DNA of 64,000 nt, from NCBI GenBank assembly GCA_010093815.1, contig ML996569.1. The stretch is one strand, 5' to 3'. The notes beneath the pieces were generated by a model that saw nothing but the letters and a program-made list of their open reading frames with translations, ran no database searches and was not told where the DNA came from. The position numbers and the translations under genes are program-made. Shown piece by piece: positions 1 to 11,619 of the stretch (its first letter is position 1; every line of letters begins with the position of its first letter). Origin of the DNA: Pseudovirgaria hyperparasitica (Eukaryota).

Positions 1-2499
1 GTGACGAAGTTGACAGGCTTGGATTGTGGCCGAGATGAGAAGGTTGACTGGGTCGGCGAAGAGTCGGCACGCGGTCCATGTTGAATGATGAGCTTCTGCG
101 CGACATGGCATCAAAGTGACCTGAGCGTTTCTCGCGAAGATTGGCCTGAAGTGAGTATGCCGAGTCACTTCTCGAGACCGGGGTGGTTGGTATAGGTGGT
201 GGAAACATCGTTGAAGTTGGAGAGCTCCTCGGAGAAGGCGGGGACGCATTTGTTTTTGTTGTGCAACTTGTCGTCGGCCTATCGGACCCACGACTATTTT
301 CTCTTCGCGACTGGAGGAAAGCATTGAAGATGATGGTCTTTGGGCCAGCAGCTGGCATATTGGACCCGAAAGCAGACGAGCTAAGGCCGGCATAGGTCGA
401 TAGTGTCGAATTAGGGGCATTTGCAGTGAATACAGCAGTGTTCTCCGAAGTGAACGAGTCATACGGGAATGCTTCCTGAGCATATGCAGGAGGGCCTGTT
501 GGTACGCCGTAACGGATATGATGCGAGGCTGCCAGTTGTAGGATGGACATTAGCTTTCGTCTTTGCTGGCGCGGCAAAGGTGTGGGTGGAATGGTGCTTT
601 CAATCAAGTCGACGTCCAAGTCGACCAGAACAAAGTCATCTTCTGGCAATTCCACGTTTTCATATCGTCGTTCGATGCCTACGATATACGGACATGGCGC
701 ATCCAGAGCTTGGATTAAGCGGGCTGGGAGGACTGGGATGAGAATGCTTGCCCACTTGAGTGGATAGAGCAGATTGACCAGAGCTGCCGTTGCCAGATGC
801 AACATTGCTGTGTGCGAGGAGAGAAATATGATACGGGACTCTGATAAGGCATACTCGAATAGAGTGACGATATTGGCGATGGAGAGAGAGCGGAAGAGGG
901 CGAAGAGGTCGGTGTTCCGTGAGCCGGGTAACTCGTTGTTCGCCTCCTTGCGGGCATACAGTCTAAGCTCTCGTACGCCTAATTCGACCTGTGTCAGGCT
1001 GGATATGGGACTGAGGGCCTCTGCACATAGGTTGACCACGTAACGTTCCAGTGGCTGCCACATGCCTATTTTTGGTGAGCTTGGTGGAACCCTCAGAACT
1101 GCCCCCTGGGTCATTGGCACGACCACGGCCCGAAGCCACTCTTTCCAGAAACTTGTCATGCCTGCCTCTCGGCCTAGGACACCGAATGCGCGAGGTATCC
1201 ACAAGCCTGTTTCACCGTCTGTAAGACCTTCGATCTTGGAAGCTGCGCCATGCCGAACAGGCCGGAGCAGATCTGTCATGAGTGAGATTTTCTCCTCGAC
1301 TGCGCTGATGTCGTCTTCAAGATTCTCTCGCTCGTCAGAGCCTGATGGTACTAATGGCAACTGACAAAGTAATTGGGACAACTTGGCGCGTTCTGCAGCC
1401 AATCTCTCACCCAGGCTACTTGCAAGCTCTCGTTCCTCTCCCGACATGTTTGCACGCCTCCACTGTTCGCACTGTCTTTCAATTCCCTCTGCTGCTTCGC
1501 GTTTGAGTGGAAGCCAGATTGTGAGACAAATGCCATAAAGCTTTGTATTGTCGGCGCTGGTCATAGCAAAGCCATGCCACGTCGAGCGAGGTCGCTCGTC
1601 CGAAGACACAACATTGATGTCATCCGGGAAGGCGAACATAGGAACATAATCGGGAAAAGGATTGCGTCTCTTGCCTTCGTCGATCATATCTGTTGACGGA
1701 TAGCGATCCAGAAGCACGGGCTCGTACCGCCTCTTGAGTGGGTGCATATTCGGTTCGGTTTTGAAGGGTTGAGGGGTTGGAATGACGGAGTTGTAGTTGC
1801 TCATTCGTTTAGCAGTTCTCACAGAAGCTACACGTAGTCAGCCAAGTGCCAGACATGAATTATTTTGGAGACACCCAGGTTACAGTAGTAAACAGACTCA
1901 CATTGCCGATTGACAGAGGAAGCTCTCTTCATGCTGCTCATGCCTGATAGCCGTCGCCGCAGACTGCCTGCGACACTCGACCTCAAGTTATTGACATCTC
2001 TATCGTCAGACACGATGCGCTGGGCTCGAGGTCTTGGCTTTGGTGTTTTGGTGGGTGTCACAGCTCCCGACTGAATGGATATTTCGTCCAGAAAGGATTC
2101 ACGTTCAGAGGCGAATTTCCGCAATGCCTTGTCAAAGTCGGCCTCACTCAGGCCAGTACCACCAACCTGCACGGCCCGTATGGTTGCGCTGCTTCTATTG
2201 CTAGCCGTGGCAGTCTGCTCGAGGTTAATCATGCTGCCAATGGACTTTCTGGCATCCCAGCTCATTCGCACAGACTTTCGACGCTCTCCGTTCAGCGTGT
2301 CTGCAGCAGAAGGTGGACGCTCTGGACTTGTGTCCAAGGGGGCATCTTCTTCAATGGTGATATCCAGATTGTTCGGCATGGCGACGCCATTGCTTTGAGC
2401 TCTTTCATCGTAGACCTGTGTGGACTCAATTCCTGAAATGAAGAAGAAGTCGGCTAGTGGGGCACTGGAGGACTCGGAATCGGAGGCAATTGGAGCCAT
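1..2499 (-). CDS. DENN-domain protein (putative Rab GEF), 3' end runs off the window
   Basis: ATG at 2499 (MAPIASDSESSSAPLADFFFISGIES...). Intron 1828-1901 (GTGAGT...TAG), then uDENN/DENN-type sequence LKRRYEPVLLDRYP...VPMFAFPDDINVVSSDERPRSTWHGFAMT...LYGICL. The reading frame appears to continue past position 1. Confidence 0.85.
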
Positions 2500-3640
2500 T
2501 GCGGAGATGACGGACAAAGGAGAAATGGGCGATGGCTGATAAGGAGCAAGGGCGAAGAAGCGAAATGAGCGGACGAGCTCCAAGGGCCGAACAGATGAGA
2601 GGTGACGGTATCAATCAATTCATCTGAATACCGGAGACCCGCTCGACGGTACCTGTGTAAGGTGTCGTGGCGGACGGGCAGCACAAGTAGTGACGGCTGT
2701 GCGAGCCGGAGGAGGTAGATTGGTGCGACAAAAACGGTTGGGATTGTATGTCGGGTGACAAACTGGCTAGCGCTTGGTGACAGGAACAGGATTAGGGCAG
2801 AGGCGCTGGTAAGGCTTTGCAGAAGACGTATCGGCGGTGTGACAGTAAGGGATGTGGTGGTGCGGTGAGAAGTATAGAAGAGCGTTGTGGTGTGGTGTGG
2901 TGTCTTGGTTTGGTTTGAGGGTTAGGGCGAGGGCGAGGGCGAGGGCGAGGGCGGAGAGAGAGGTTGGCTCGGCGGAGTGGGCGAAGATGGTAATGTTGGC
3001 GGAATCTGTGGAGAGTCGCGACGAAAGTGTATAGGAGGAGATAAGTCGACGGAGGAAGTGGGTGAAGTGAGGGAGGAATGGGAGGAAGATGCAGTCTGAT
3101 TGCGGTATCTCGTTCAGATATGGATGGGAGATGCACAGGGGACGCAGAACTAAAGAAGCTCGTCCCTCCCTCCTACCTTAGTGCCGCCGACTCCTACCCA
3201 GCTTTGGCCGTTTGACCGCGATTGTGTTCGCCCCCCCCCCCCCTCCCCCCTCTCTTCTCTCTCCCTCTTTCGACAATCTGGCCTCAAAGTGTAGAAGAGA
3301 GGATTGGAGGAGGTGGTTAGGACAATGTTGTTGCTGTTGCTGTTGTTGTCGTTGACGACTTCAGTCTTTAGCATCAGCATCAGCATCAGATAAACAGTCA
3401 GTGGAGTGGCGTTATGTCGAATCCATGTTTGTTTGCTATGTAGTTCCTTGCCCCTACTCCCCAGAAAATAGTAGCCAGGCAGAGGCAGCTAATTAGGGAC
3501 AAGAAGGTAATATGACTATTATCTTCTCCATCCTTCCCATCTTTCCATCCTTGTTTGGTGTCACGGCGGCACAGGGACGTCTACCTAATCAAGGTATAGG
3601 TAGAGAGTCCTGGCCAGCAGAATCACGATTGTAGGTGTAT

Positions 3641-3662
3641 GTGTGTGTGTGTGTGTGTGTGT
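3641..3662. repeat. (GT)n microsatellite
   Basis: Direct inspection: about 11 GT units. Other simple repeats lie nearby, including poly-C at about 3230 and (CAGT)n at about 4187-4208. Confidence 0.9.
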
Positions 3663-5299
3663 ACGTGCTAAACAGTCAGTGAGGATTCTGTTGATGACAG
3701 GCAGTATTAGCATAGAATGAATGCATTGATTGATATCAGTAGATGGAGTAATTAGAGTAATAGAGAGGCAACACTGCAAGCAGTAATTGATAGGTTAGTG
3801 GCGTCTGGCGTCTGGCGTACCCCAAGCGCGTCGGCTCGACTGGGCAGTGGGCGCTGGGCACTTGATGAGTGGGCGGGTGAGTGGCAGCTGGCCAGGACTG
3901 CCCGGCTGTGTGGGCTTTTGACTGGTTGACTGACTACTTACTGTATGCAGTCCAGCGCTCCAGGGCTCCAGCGCTGTATTACTGTCCCGGGCAGCAGACA
4001 CTCTGACACCCCCCCTCCAGCCTAAAATGGCGCCCCTTGCTCCCTCTACTCCCTCTTTTTGGGGCTCTGGGTCTGCCGAGTCTGCCCCAAGTTGACCTGG
4101 TAGTTAACTAAGCTACAATATAGTCAATTAGTGGTATAATAGTACTGTGGTTGCTTCTCCAGGGCTGACTGCATACCTGGCATTCCCCAGTCAGTCAGTC
4201 AGTCAGTCGGACAGTCTCTCATGATAATTACCTGTAATGATGATAGTAGTATTGCTACTCACCAATCGGCCAACAAGTCCAGACTGCAGCGCCAATTCAT
4301 GCCCGCTCACATTCAACCCTATTCACCCTTCTAGGCCTGCTTAAACTTTGACTTCAACGCTCATCAAGAGTGCGTCGGCTGTCTCATCAGGCCTCTCCAA
4401 GTCTCGAAGCCGACATGTCCCATGGGTGCCACAGAGAGCAACAGGCAAATCAGCTGCCTCCAAATGAAACGATAGAGCCTAAATCTCTTCCTTATCGCTG
4501 CAGCTCTGCCATTTCTTAGCGGCCCAGCTTGCCCCGGGCCATCCATAGGTACAGTATTAGTACTAGGTAAGTAGGAGGGTAAGTGTAAGGTAATACAGTA
4601 GTAGTGAATGATTAACTACCCCAAGCTTTTACTTGTTTGAGTGCCTGCAAGTCATCCGCTCGCTCCGTCTCTCGTCTCCATAAACCCCCCCTCCCTTCCC
4701 TCTCCACCTCACATGCAAACTTATACCGCTATCATCACAGTCAGCTCTCCTAACCTCACTTTTACCTCTGATCGTTCGTTCGAGAACCTTCATCACTGTT
4801 TACATGGACAACCATATCATCGCGAGCGACTAATATGCCATTTACAAACACGACGCCGATTCCATCTCCACTCCCATCTAGCTTATCCTTAGACATGGTT
4901 ACGTGTACATACGACTAGTGGCACTGTCGTGTGCCCATCTTCGCCAAGCTACCACGTCCATCTCGACCACGATGATTGTGCCGCTTTCTTGCTTCACACA
5001 ATCAACAGCCATTAATCTTTAAATATTCTATCAAGCGCAGCCAGCCATATCCACCTCTTCTTAATCCTTCCTGACTCGTAGTTTCCTTGCTGAAACTCCA
5101 GCTATCCTCCACATACTTCACCACGCCCCAACCCAAAGCACACTGAGAGTCTGAGACAGTAACCGCGCTAGTTCTGCAGGAACACATGTCCACCAATGCC
5201 AGGTACCCTCCTTCGCTCATTGGCCGCCTTTCACCGCTCCAGCCTCGTCTTGACTTGAATGCTCTCTTCTTTACCTCCTCGACCTTACTCGTGTCGTAT

Positions 5300-5800
5300 T
5301 TGACCTACTCGCAAGCTCCCTTATACTGACTCGTTCGTATAGATGATGAATGAATTATCATTGAAGCCCACCGAGTCGTCCTCGAACGTGCTTACATAGT
5401 ACATGTCACCCCGGCGGATACGGGGAGTACGATAGCCGGTAGCTGTCCTTTGCAGTCTTCTGACCTTGCCTATATCTCTGTCTAATGCCACTACAAAAGC
5501 CGTTGAAGATATGTCCTTGACGACGAATCAGAGACTGACTCTGTTAGAAGAATAATGTTGTATGTATCCTTCCATACTCCCGAACGGCGAAGATGATGAT
5601 CGACAGTGTGCACTCAAGCCTACACTTGAAACACCTTCCAGGGTCCCACGTCCCCTCCGATGTGATCGACAGGGTCTCATCTATCTATCCGTACATGCAC
5701 TCGTGGCTTACTACCACCGACCGCATCATGCCACTGCCGCAACGGCGCAGACGCTGCATAGATTGATTGAGAAATAGAAAAACCTTTGGCGCGTCGTCTC
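5300..5800 (+). pseudogene. Probable degenerate BTB/POZ-domain gene relic
   Basis: Colinear fragments in different frames resemble fungal BTB motifs: LLASS/PYTDSFV*, IIIEAHRVVL (about 5354-5383), VLDDESETDSVRRIMLYV (about 5513-5566), LIYLSVHALVAYY (about 5676-5714). They are interrupted by stops and frameshifts. Confidence 0.35.
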
Positions 5801-7123
5801 ACGGCTCACCAGGTCTGTGTTGAATATTCATTGCACTGCATTGGTCTCGCCCTGACAAAAAAATCGCCGTCGAGCTTCGCCTGTTATTCCACTCAGGGGG
5901 CAGCAGCGTCAGCGCCACAAGCCACCACCTGCAAAACCGATGGATGCAGAATTGTCATCCATTATAATTAGGAGAGAACATCACCATCCCTCCACCACAA
6001 TAACTTCGCTTCACTCAATGTCATGCTTGGCGAACAGAACACGTAAGTCTCCTGAATATCGTCTTTGCCACGTCGAACGTCGTCGTCGTCGTCGTTTGAT
6101 GCATCTTTGTAGACGCAGTGGTGTGTTGATTCCACACCACTGCATTTCGCGCATACCACGCCCGCACGCATTCAATGCATGCAGCAGATCGTCCTGCTTT
6201 CATGGACGTGCGTGCTCTGCATGCTTCGTCTTCCGTCCGCGCGTCCAGACGTACTGTAGATATATTCCTCGGGAAGCCAGGAAGGACATTAACCCCCAAA
6301 TTCCTAGGAGACGCATCTCATTCAATGTTTCAGAGACTCTACTCCACATATTGCATCTGCTCCTCAACACCATCTTCTAGCACGTGATGTTTCGGAAACG
6401 TTATCGTCAGGCGTGGACATCAAGAAGGAGCGACACCAGCACCGCGCAACTGACAGAAACAATGACCGGGTACTTACATCATCGAATAAATAGCAATCCA
6501 CTAAGCCCATACGCCTTTTCCTCATTACCATGTCCATACTGCCAGTACCTTATACCAATCTGTATCCAGCCCTGTCACACACAACACCGAGCAACACCGA
6601 GCAACACCGCACAACGTCGAATGCATATGAAGTATGCATAGACCACCGCTTAATCACAACTACCATAGCACCACTAATTACACCACACTACACTTGGCCG
6701 ACACACCAGCCCAACGATCTGACCTGCCTGCTAACGGGCCGATGCAGATGGGAGACAAAAGCACGCGATAGGGGGGGAATGTCAACAATGGCACAACAGT
6801 TGCGTCATTTTGTTGGGGCCTTGCCATCCACTGCATGAATTACAACTAATCAGATGCTAGTAATCAGCCTGTAGGTAGCTTACCTAGTACGTTACCTATG
6901 TACGCAGGCACGTTCGCAGGCTCGTTCGCATTGAGCCGTGCTCTTCTACCCATTTTGCACCCACAATGGGGATCGATGATTATATCCAAACACCCCTCCT
7001 AACCCCCCACTACGCCTGAAACGCGCTGCCTGTATGTAGCCACGCCCGATGAATTTGTCTCATCGCTCAAAGATCTGAATACTGTATTGCCCATCACGAA
7101 TTATCAAGCACCTGACCAATCCA

Positions 7124-8725
7124 TCACCCACTGCCGCCCCTCGACATGATCCTCCCACCCCGGACAACGCCCACACTAACGCCCGCTTCCCCGGTCATCC
7201 ACCCGGGCATTCTCGCCCCGTCCACGACCCCAGCTTCCACCAACGCACGTAATCCCGCGAACACGTGCGGGCCCTGGAAACTGATGCGCACATCGGGCCG
7301 CCACACTTCTTCTTCTTCTTCGTCCTGGCGTTCGGCAGGTGCGGCGTCGAGGATGGACGGAAGGGATTTGCGGCCGCGTTTGGATATCGTCGGCGTTGTG
7401 ATGCGGGTTGTGGTAGATCGTGTAGGATGAGGAGGATGAGATGGTGTCAAGGCGCCAGGATCAGTAGTGGGGAACGGGTCTGCGATGCGAACGTCCAGGC
7501 GTTCCAGGGCTGCCGTGTCAGCGGGCAGACCTGCTAGGCCGAAGCGTGAAGCTGCGAGTGCGATGCGACGTTTCTTGCTCGAGTCCTGCCTTTGCACATT
7601 GCTAGCAGGCGACGGGGCCCGTGTGCGTTTGGCCTCTGGTTCTGGCCTGTCATTTTCTTTGTCGCCGTCCGAGGAGCCGCTCAGGGTAGGGTGTGGCGCC
7701 GCGGGTGGACAGGTCAAGTCTGGTGGTGGGCGCACGCGGTAGTCGAGTGCTGGGACGCCGAATGTGTCGGCAACGAAGATGCCCCAGCCGCCCTGTGCCG
7801 CGTTTGACCGACCGGGGCCGCGCAGAGAAAAGATTGTGGTGAGGGATTTGGTGGAGAGGCTGGTTGGAGTGAGGGTGTAGCGCTTGCGTGGGGCTGAGAG
7901 TGCGGTTGAGAGTGCAGAGAGCAGGACGGCGTGGACGCTGCGGCGGTCCAGGGTGGATGTTAGGCTTGTGGACGCAGAGTGGGATATGTATGCATATGGC
8001 GTGTTGTCAGGGAAGAGGACGAATGTTGTCTTCGTCTCACCCGTCGTTGAGGAGGACTTGGGGTGGGTGGCATCGAGCGCTTGTTGGGTGGTGTTGTAGG
8101 GTGATTCGAAGACTGAGATGCGGAGAAGGGTTGTGTAGTGGGTGGAGAGACGGGTGAGGTAGTAATGGGCTTTTGAGAGCGGTGCGAGTTCTTCTTGGAG
8201 ATTTGCGAGAAACGTTGGTGCGTGGAGCCGGGGAAGAGGATTCTCGAGCCTCTCTTGGACGTCGTCTCTGTGTGCTTCAGTGGAAGATATGCGTGTAATT
8301 CGAAAGGCGGTCCAGCGATTGCTCGATGCCGTGTGGTCCAGTAGACTCCTCGAGTCTGCTGTTGCAAGCTGGTAGAGTGTAAGGCCATGCCTCCAGTCTC
8401 CTTCTACAATCCGCTCTACGATCTCTTTCTTTCCTCCTTTGCGCTGCTCTAGCTCCTCGTAAATCTCTTGCAGCTCTTCGATAGATTGAGCCGGCGTATA
8501 TGGCGCCTCTTCATCTGGTCCGTCATCATCGTCATCATCCTCGGACAGATACGGCGTGCATAGTGATATGTTCTTCGGCGATAGCCATTCCAAAGCTAGT
8601 GAGATGAGAGACGGGCGCGAAAGTTTGGAGAGAGTCCGGGAGACTTCCGGGCTAGACGGTGGTAGTCGATCGGAGTGAGATAGCGGCAGGTTTGTTGGTA
8701 TTGATAGCTTTTTCGGACGTGGCAT
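7124..8725 (-). CDS. chl4: Kinetochore protein CENP-N (Chl4/Mis15)
   Basis: Single-exon ORF from ATG 8725. N-terminal LSKLSRPSLISLALEWL, IVERIVEGDWRHGLTLYQLA, LRGPGRSNAAQGGWGIF, and C-terminal FQGPHVFAGLRALVEAGVVDGARMPGWMTGE are typical of fungal CHL4. Confidence 0.87.
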   Translation of the reverse strand: MPRPKKLSIPTNLPLSHSDRLPPSSPEVSRTLSKLSRPSLISLALEWLSPKNISLCTPYLSEDDDDDDGPDEEAPYTPAQSIEELQEIYEELEQRKGGKKEIVERIVEGDWRHGLTLYQLATADSRSLLDHTASSNRWTAFRITRISSTEAHRDDVQERLENPLPRLHAPTFLANLQEELAPLSKAHYYLTRLSTHYTTLLRISVFESPYNTTQQALDATHPKSSSTTGETKTTFVLFPDNTPYAYISHSASTSLTSTLDRRSVHAVLLSALSTALSAPRKRYTLTPTSLSTKSLTTIFSLRGPGRSNAAQGGWGIFVADTFGVPALDYRVRPPPDLTCPPAAPHPTLSGSSDGDKENDRPEPEAKRTRAPSPASNVQRQDSSKKRRIALAASRFGLAGLPADTAALERLDVRIADPFPTTDPGALTPSHPPHPTRSTTTRITTPTISKRGRKSLPSILDAAPAERQDEEEEEVWRPDVRISFQGPHVFAGLRALVEAGVVDGARMPGWMTGEAGVSVGVVRGGRIMSRGGSG

Positions 8726-8808
8726 GTTTGGGGTATATGGGATTGATCGGACGCTGCAATGATTACTGTGAGCTCGCAGCGACGACGTCAACACCAAGAA
8801 ACATCGAG

Positions 8809-8818
8809 CGCGTCGCGT
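8809..8818 (-). promoter_or_regulatory. Tandem MCB-like cell-cycle element upstream of CENP-N
   Basis: ACGCGACGCG on the minus strand about 85 nt upstream of the CENP-N ATG; resembles MBF (MluI cell-cycle box) sites. Confidence 0.45.
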
Positions 8819-9638
8819 CGTAAGGCTGAATTGTAAGTGGAGCCTCAGGCAACAAGTCGGACCGCAACCCCGCGGGCACAAGGAAACGTGGAGGGGGAAT
8901 TTTATCCGACGGCTTACCTGTTAAGACAAGTCTACTACTTACTTGGGCGTAGCGTAGCAGTGAATGCTGAATAATCCCGCTGCAGCCACCGTAGCCCCCC
9001 CGCGCCCGGCAATGTTATCTACTCCGATGACAAATCAGCAATTCCTTCCTTCCCGACCATTCTGTCTGCAGCTCTCTCCGTCTTGTGCAGCAATCACAAT
9101 CAACAACAACAACGACAATTCACTCGTATCACCCAGGCCTTGGCCGTCGCAGCTCACAACGATCGAGTACGCTGGCAATTACCACGAAGCGCCGCTGCTG
9201 AGCATTTAGCAGTTCGCAGAGCTAGGAGGGGCTCACCTGCGATCTTCGGCCGATACCGCTACACTCAGTTCACTCTAGGGCTGTAGCTGTTACTATTACA
9301 CACACAAATTTGCATTCACACGCTCTCGGCAATAGTCCCTCGTCTCGAACGGCACCGTAACACCGCATCACATCCACATCCACATCCACTCCCCACCGAG
9401 CAACTCGTCTTCAAACTTCTTCATCCGCTTTCCCACTCGACAGAACACACATCGTCGCCATCAATTCAACCTTTTGCCACTGCATCGACCTACACGCCGC
9501 CGCCAGTCATTCTGACGTCGACGACTATCGTAGCTTGTTCATGAACTGAGCTACTCCACTTCTCCGGTTTTCGGATTTTACATACACCTACCACGGCAAC
9601 CCGAGACCGTCGTTACACCTACGACTGTTCTTTTCGCC

Positions 9639-10912
9639 ATGTCTGGCTACAATGGACGGCGGCCCAATGTCTCGCAATACATTGCGGGTCTAAACACGAT
9701 TCCCAGCCATCAGGATCTGCTCGCACAGCCCGCAAGTCTGGAGGAGGACCTGTCTATGTTCAACACCGACTTCTTCGACTTTGATGCACTCTCTGGTCTG
9801 GATCTACCGGATCTCACGCAGCAGAACTTGGAGTATGACCCTGCGGAAGAGGAACGCGCTCGCCGACATAATGCTTCAGGTTACAGGTCAAAGCACGCTA
9901 CCGAGTCCCTAAAAGGGAAGGATGCTCTTTTGGACAAGCAGGTTGAATTCAATACGGGCATTGAAGGTGAGCAAACGTCTTATTTCTGATGCCATAACCC
10001 CAATTATCACACCTTTCATCACAATGCGCATCACGAGGTTGTGAGGCACAAGGCCCAGCAGCCCCCGCACTCTACAGGCATGTATTGCGCGATGAGTGCA
10101 TGGCGCACGGCGTATGCTGCAAAAAGCATCTGGCGCTGCAGAAGGCATGCATTCGTTCGCGCAACGCCAGACTAGTGCAGATCCACACGCTCTGGTTTTG
10201 TTGTGGCTCGGCAAGTTACACTTGCATCGCACGCAATATCCCGTGACCCCGCGTGGTTCAAGCACCTCACGCCCTGGATATGCCATCATCGTCCTGCTGC
10301 GCCGTGCTCCACAACTCCTGTCGTCCGATACTCAAGCAAGGAGACCTACGTTTGCTAATGTACCATCCAGGTGCTGACTATCAATTCTCGGGCTTCAACT
10401 TTCCAAATCTGGTTGATCCCGCGGCTCCCGCAAACTTCCAGTCCCAGCAACAAGTTCAGTACAACATCCCGACCCAGCAAAGCTCTCCTAGCATCGCCTC
10501 TCCGACCTCGCCTACCAGCGACGGTACCGGCATCAAACGCAAGTTCGACTCTGTCGGCGACCTCAACGGTAGCCACGGTGTTGAGGACGCCTCCCGTCAC
10601 GCCGCTGAGGAAGACAAACGTCGTCGCAACACCGCCGCATCTGCCCGCTTCCGGGTCAAGAAGAAGCAGCGCGAGCAAGCTCTCGAGAAGTCAGCCAAGG
10701 AGATGTCCGACAAGGTCGGTGCGCTCGAGTCAAAAATCACCAAGCTCGAGACAGAAAACCGGTGGTTGAAAGAGCTTCTCACCGAGAAGAACGGCAAAGC
10801 CACTATCGCCTCCATGGTCGCCACGAAACCTCCCAAAGAGTCTAATGTCGTACGGAGTACCGGCGATCACACCACTGGCGTCGGCACCGATTCCAAGGAA
10901 GTAAAGGCCTAA
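9639..10912 (+). CDS. cys-3: bZIP sulfur-metabolism regulator CYS-3/MetR
   Basis: Exon 1 9639-9966 (MSGYNGRRPNVSQYIAGLNTIP...LSMFNTDFFDFD). Intron 9967-10370 (GTGAGC...GCTAAT...CAG). Exon 2 carries the bZIP region AAEEDKRRRNTAASARFRVKKKQREQALE...LETENRWLKELL. Confidence 0.92.
9967..10370 (+). other. Unusually long (404 nt) structured intron of cys-3/metR
   Basis: The splice signals restore the frame (G|GT GCT GAC). The intron contains an 18-bp stem 10085-10102/10146-10164 and several alternative complementary blocks (see findings). Confidence 0.85.
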
Positions 10913-11619
10913 GCCAAAACCATTTCTTTTACCCCTGTGGCATCTTTTACGACGTAGACGTATGATGTTGATGTCTTTGCATATTTGGTGATGGGGAGCG
11001 TGATGGTGTTATTATATTGATTTACTATAGTGTGCTGTGGGTAGCTCATAATGTTGCATGGAGCAGCGAACATGAGAGACAAGGCCGGTCAAGGATTGAG
11101 GATAGCCGCCTGGTCTTTTGATATATATCGCCGTACGGCCACTCTTGTTGTCGTATTACAGAGAGAGAGAATATGGATTTGCAGCTAACATGCCGCCTAC
11201 TGCACCCTCAATCTCGACGAATGGCTATTGCATCGTCATTTATGAGTTGTTGATCCAACAGTCGTAGCTCATGCACTATTTATTACCTATGATGGTTCCG
11301 TCTTGGATCTGTGCGATCTATGCTTGTATGCCTTATTGATGCCTGGCGCCATCCACCTCTCCACCCCTATCTCCGTCTCCGCCTCCACCTCCGCATCCAT
11401 CTCCACAGTAGGGGTTTAGTATGTTCCCGGGCTCGGCATGAGATGCACCTAGCCGAGTTTAGGCTTCTCTGTATTGTAAGTATATTGCCAACCTCGCAGT
11501 CATTCATAGAGATCCGTCGTGCATCATCATCACGTCCAGAGCATCAAAACAGCAATTGGATTGAACTATGATTGAGCTGAACTGAACTGAACATCCGAAT
11601 GAAACCAACACACTGGGCC

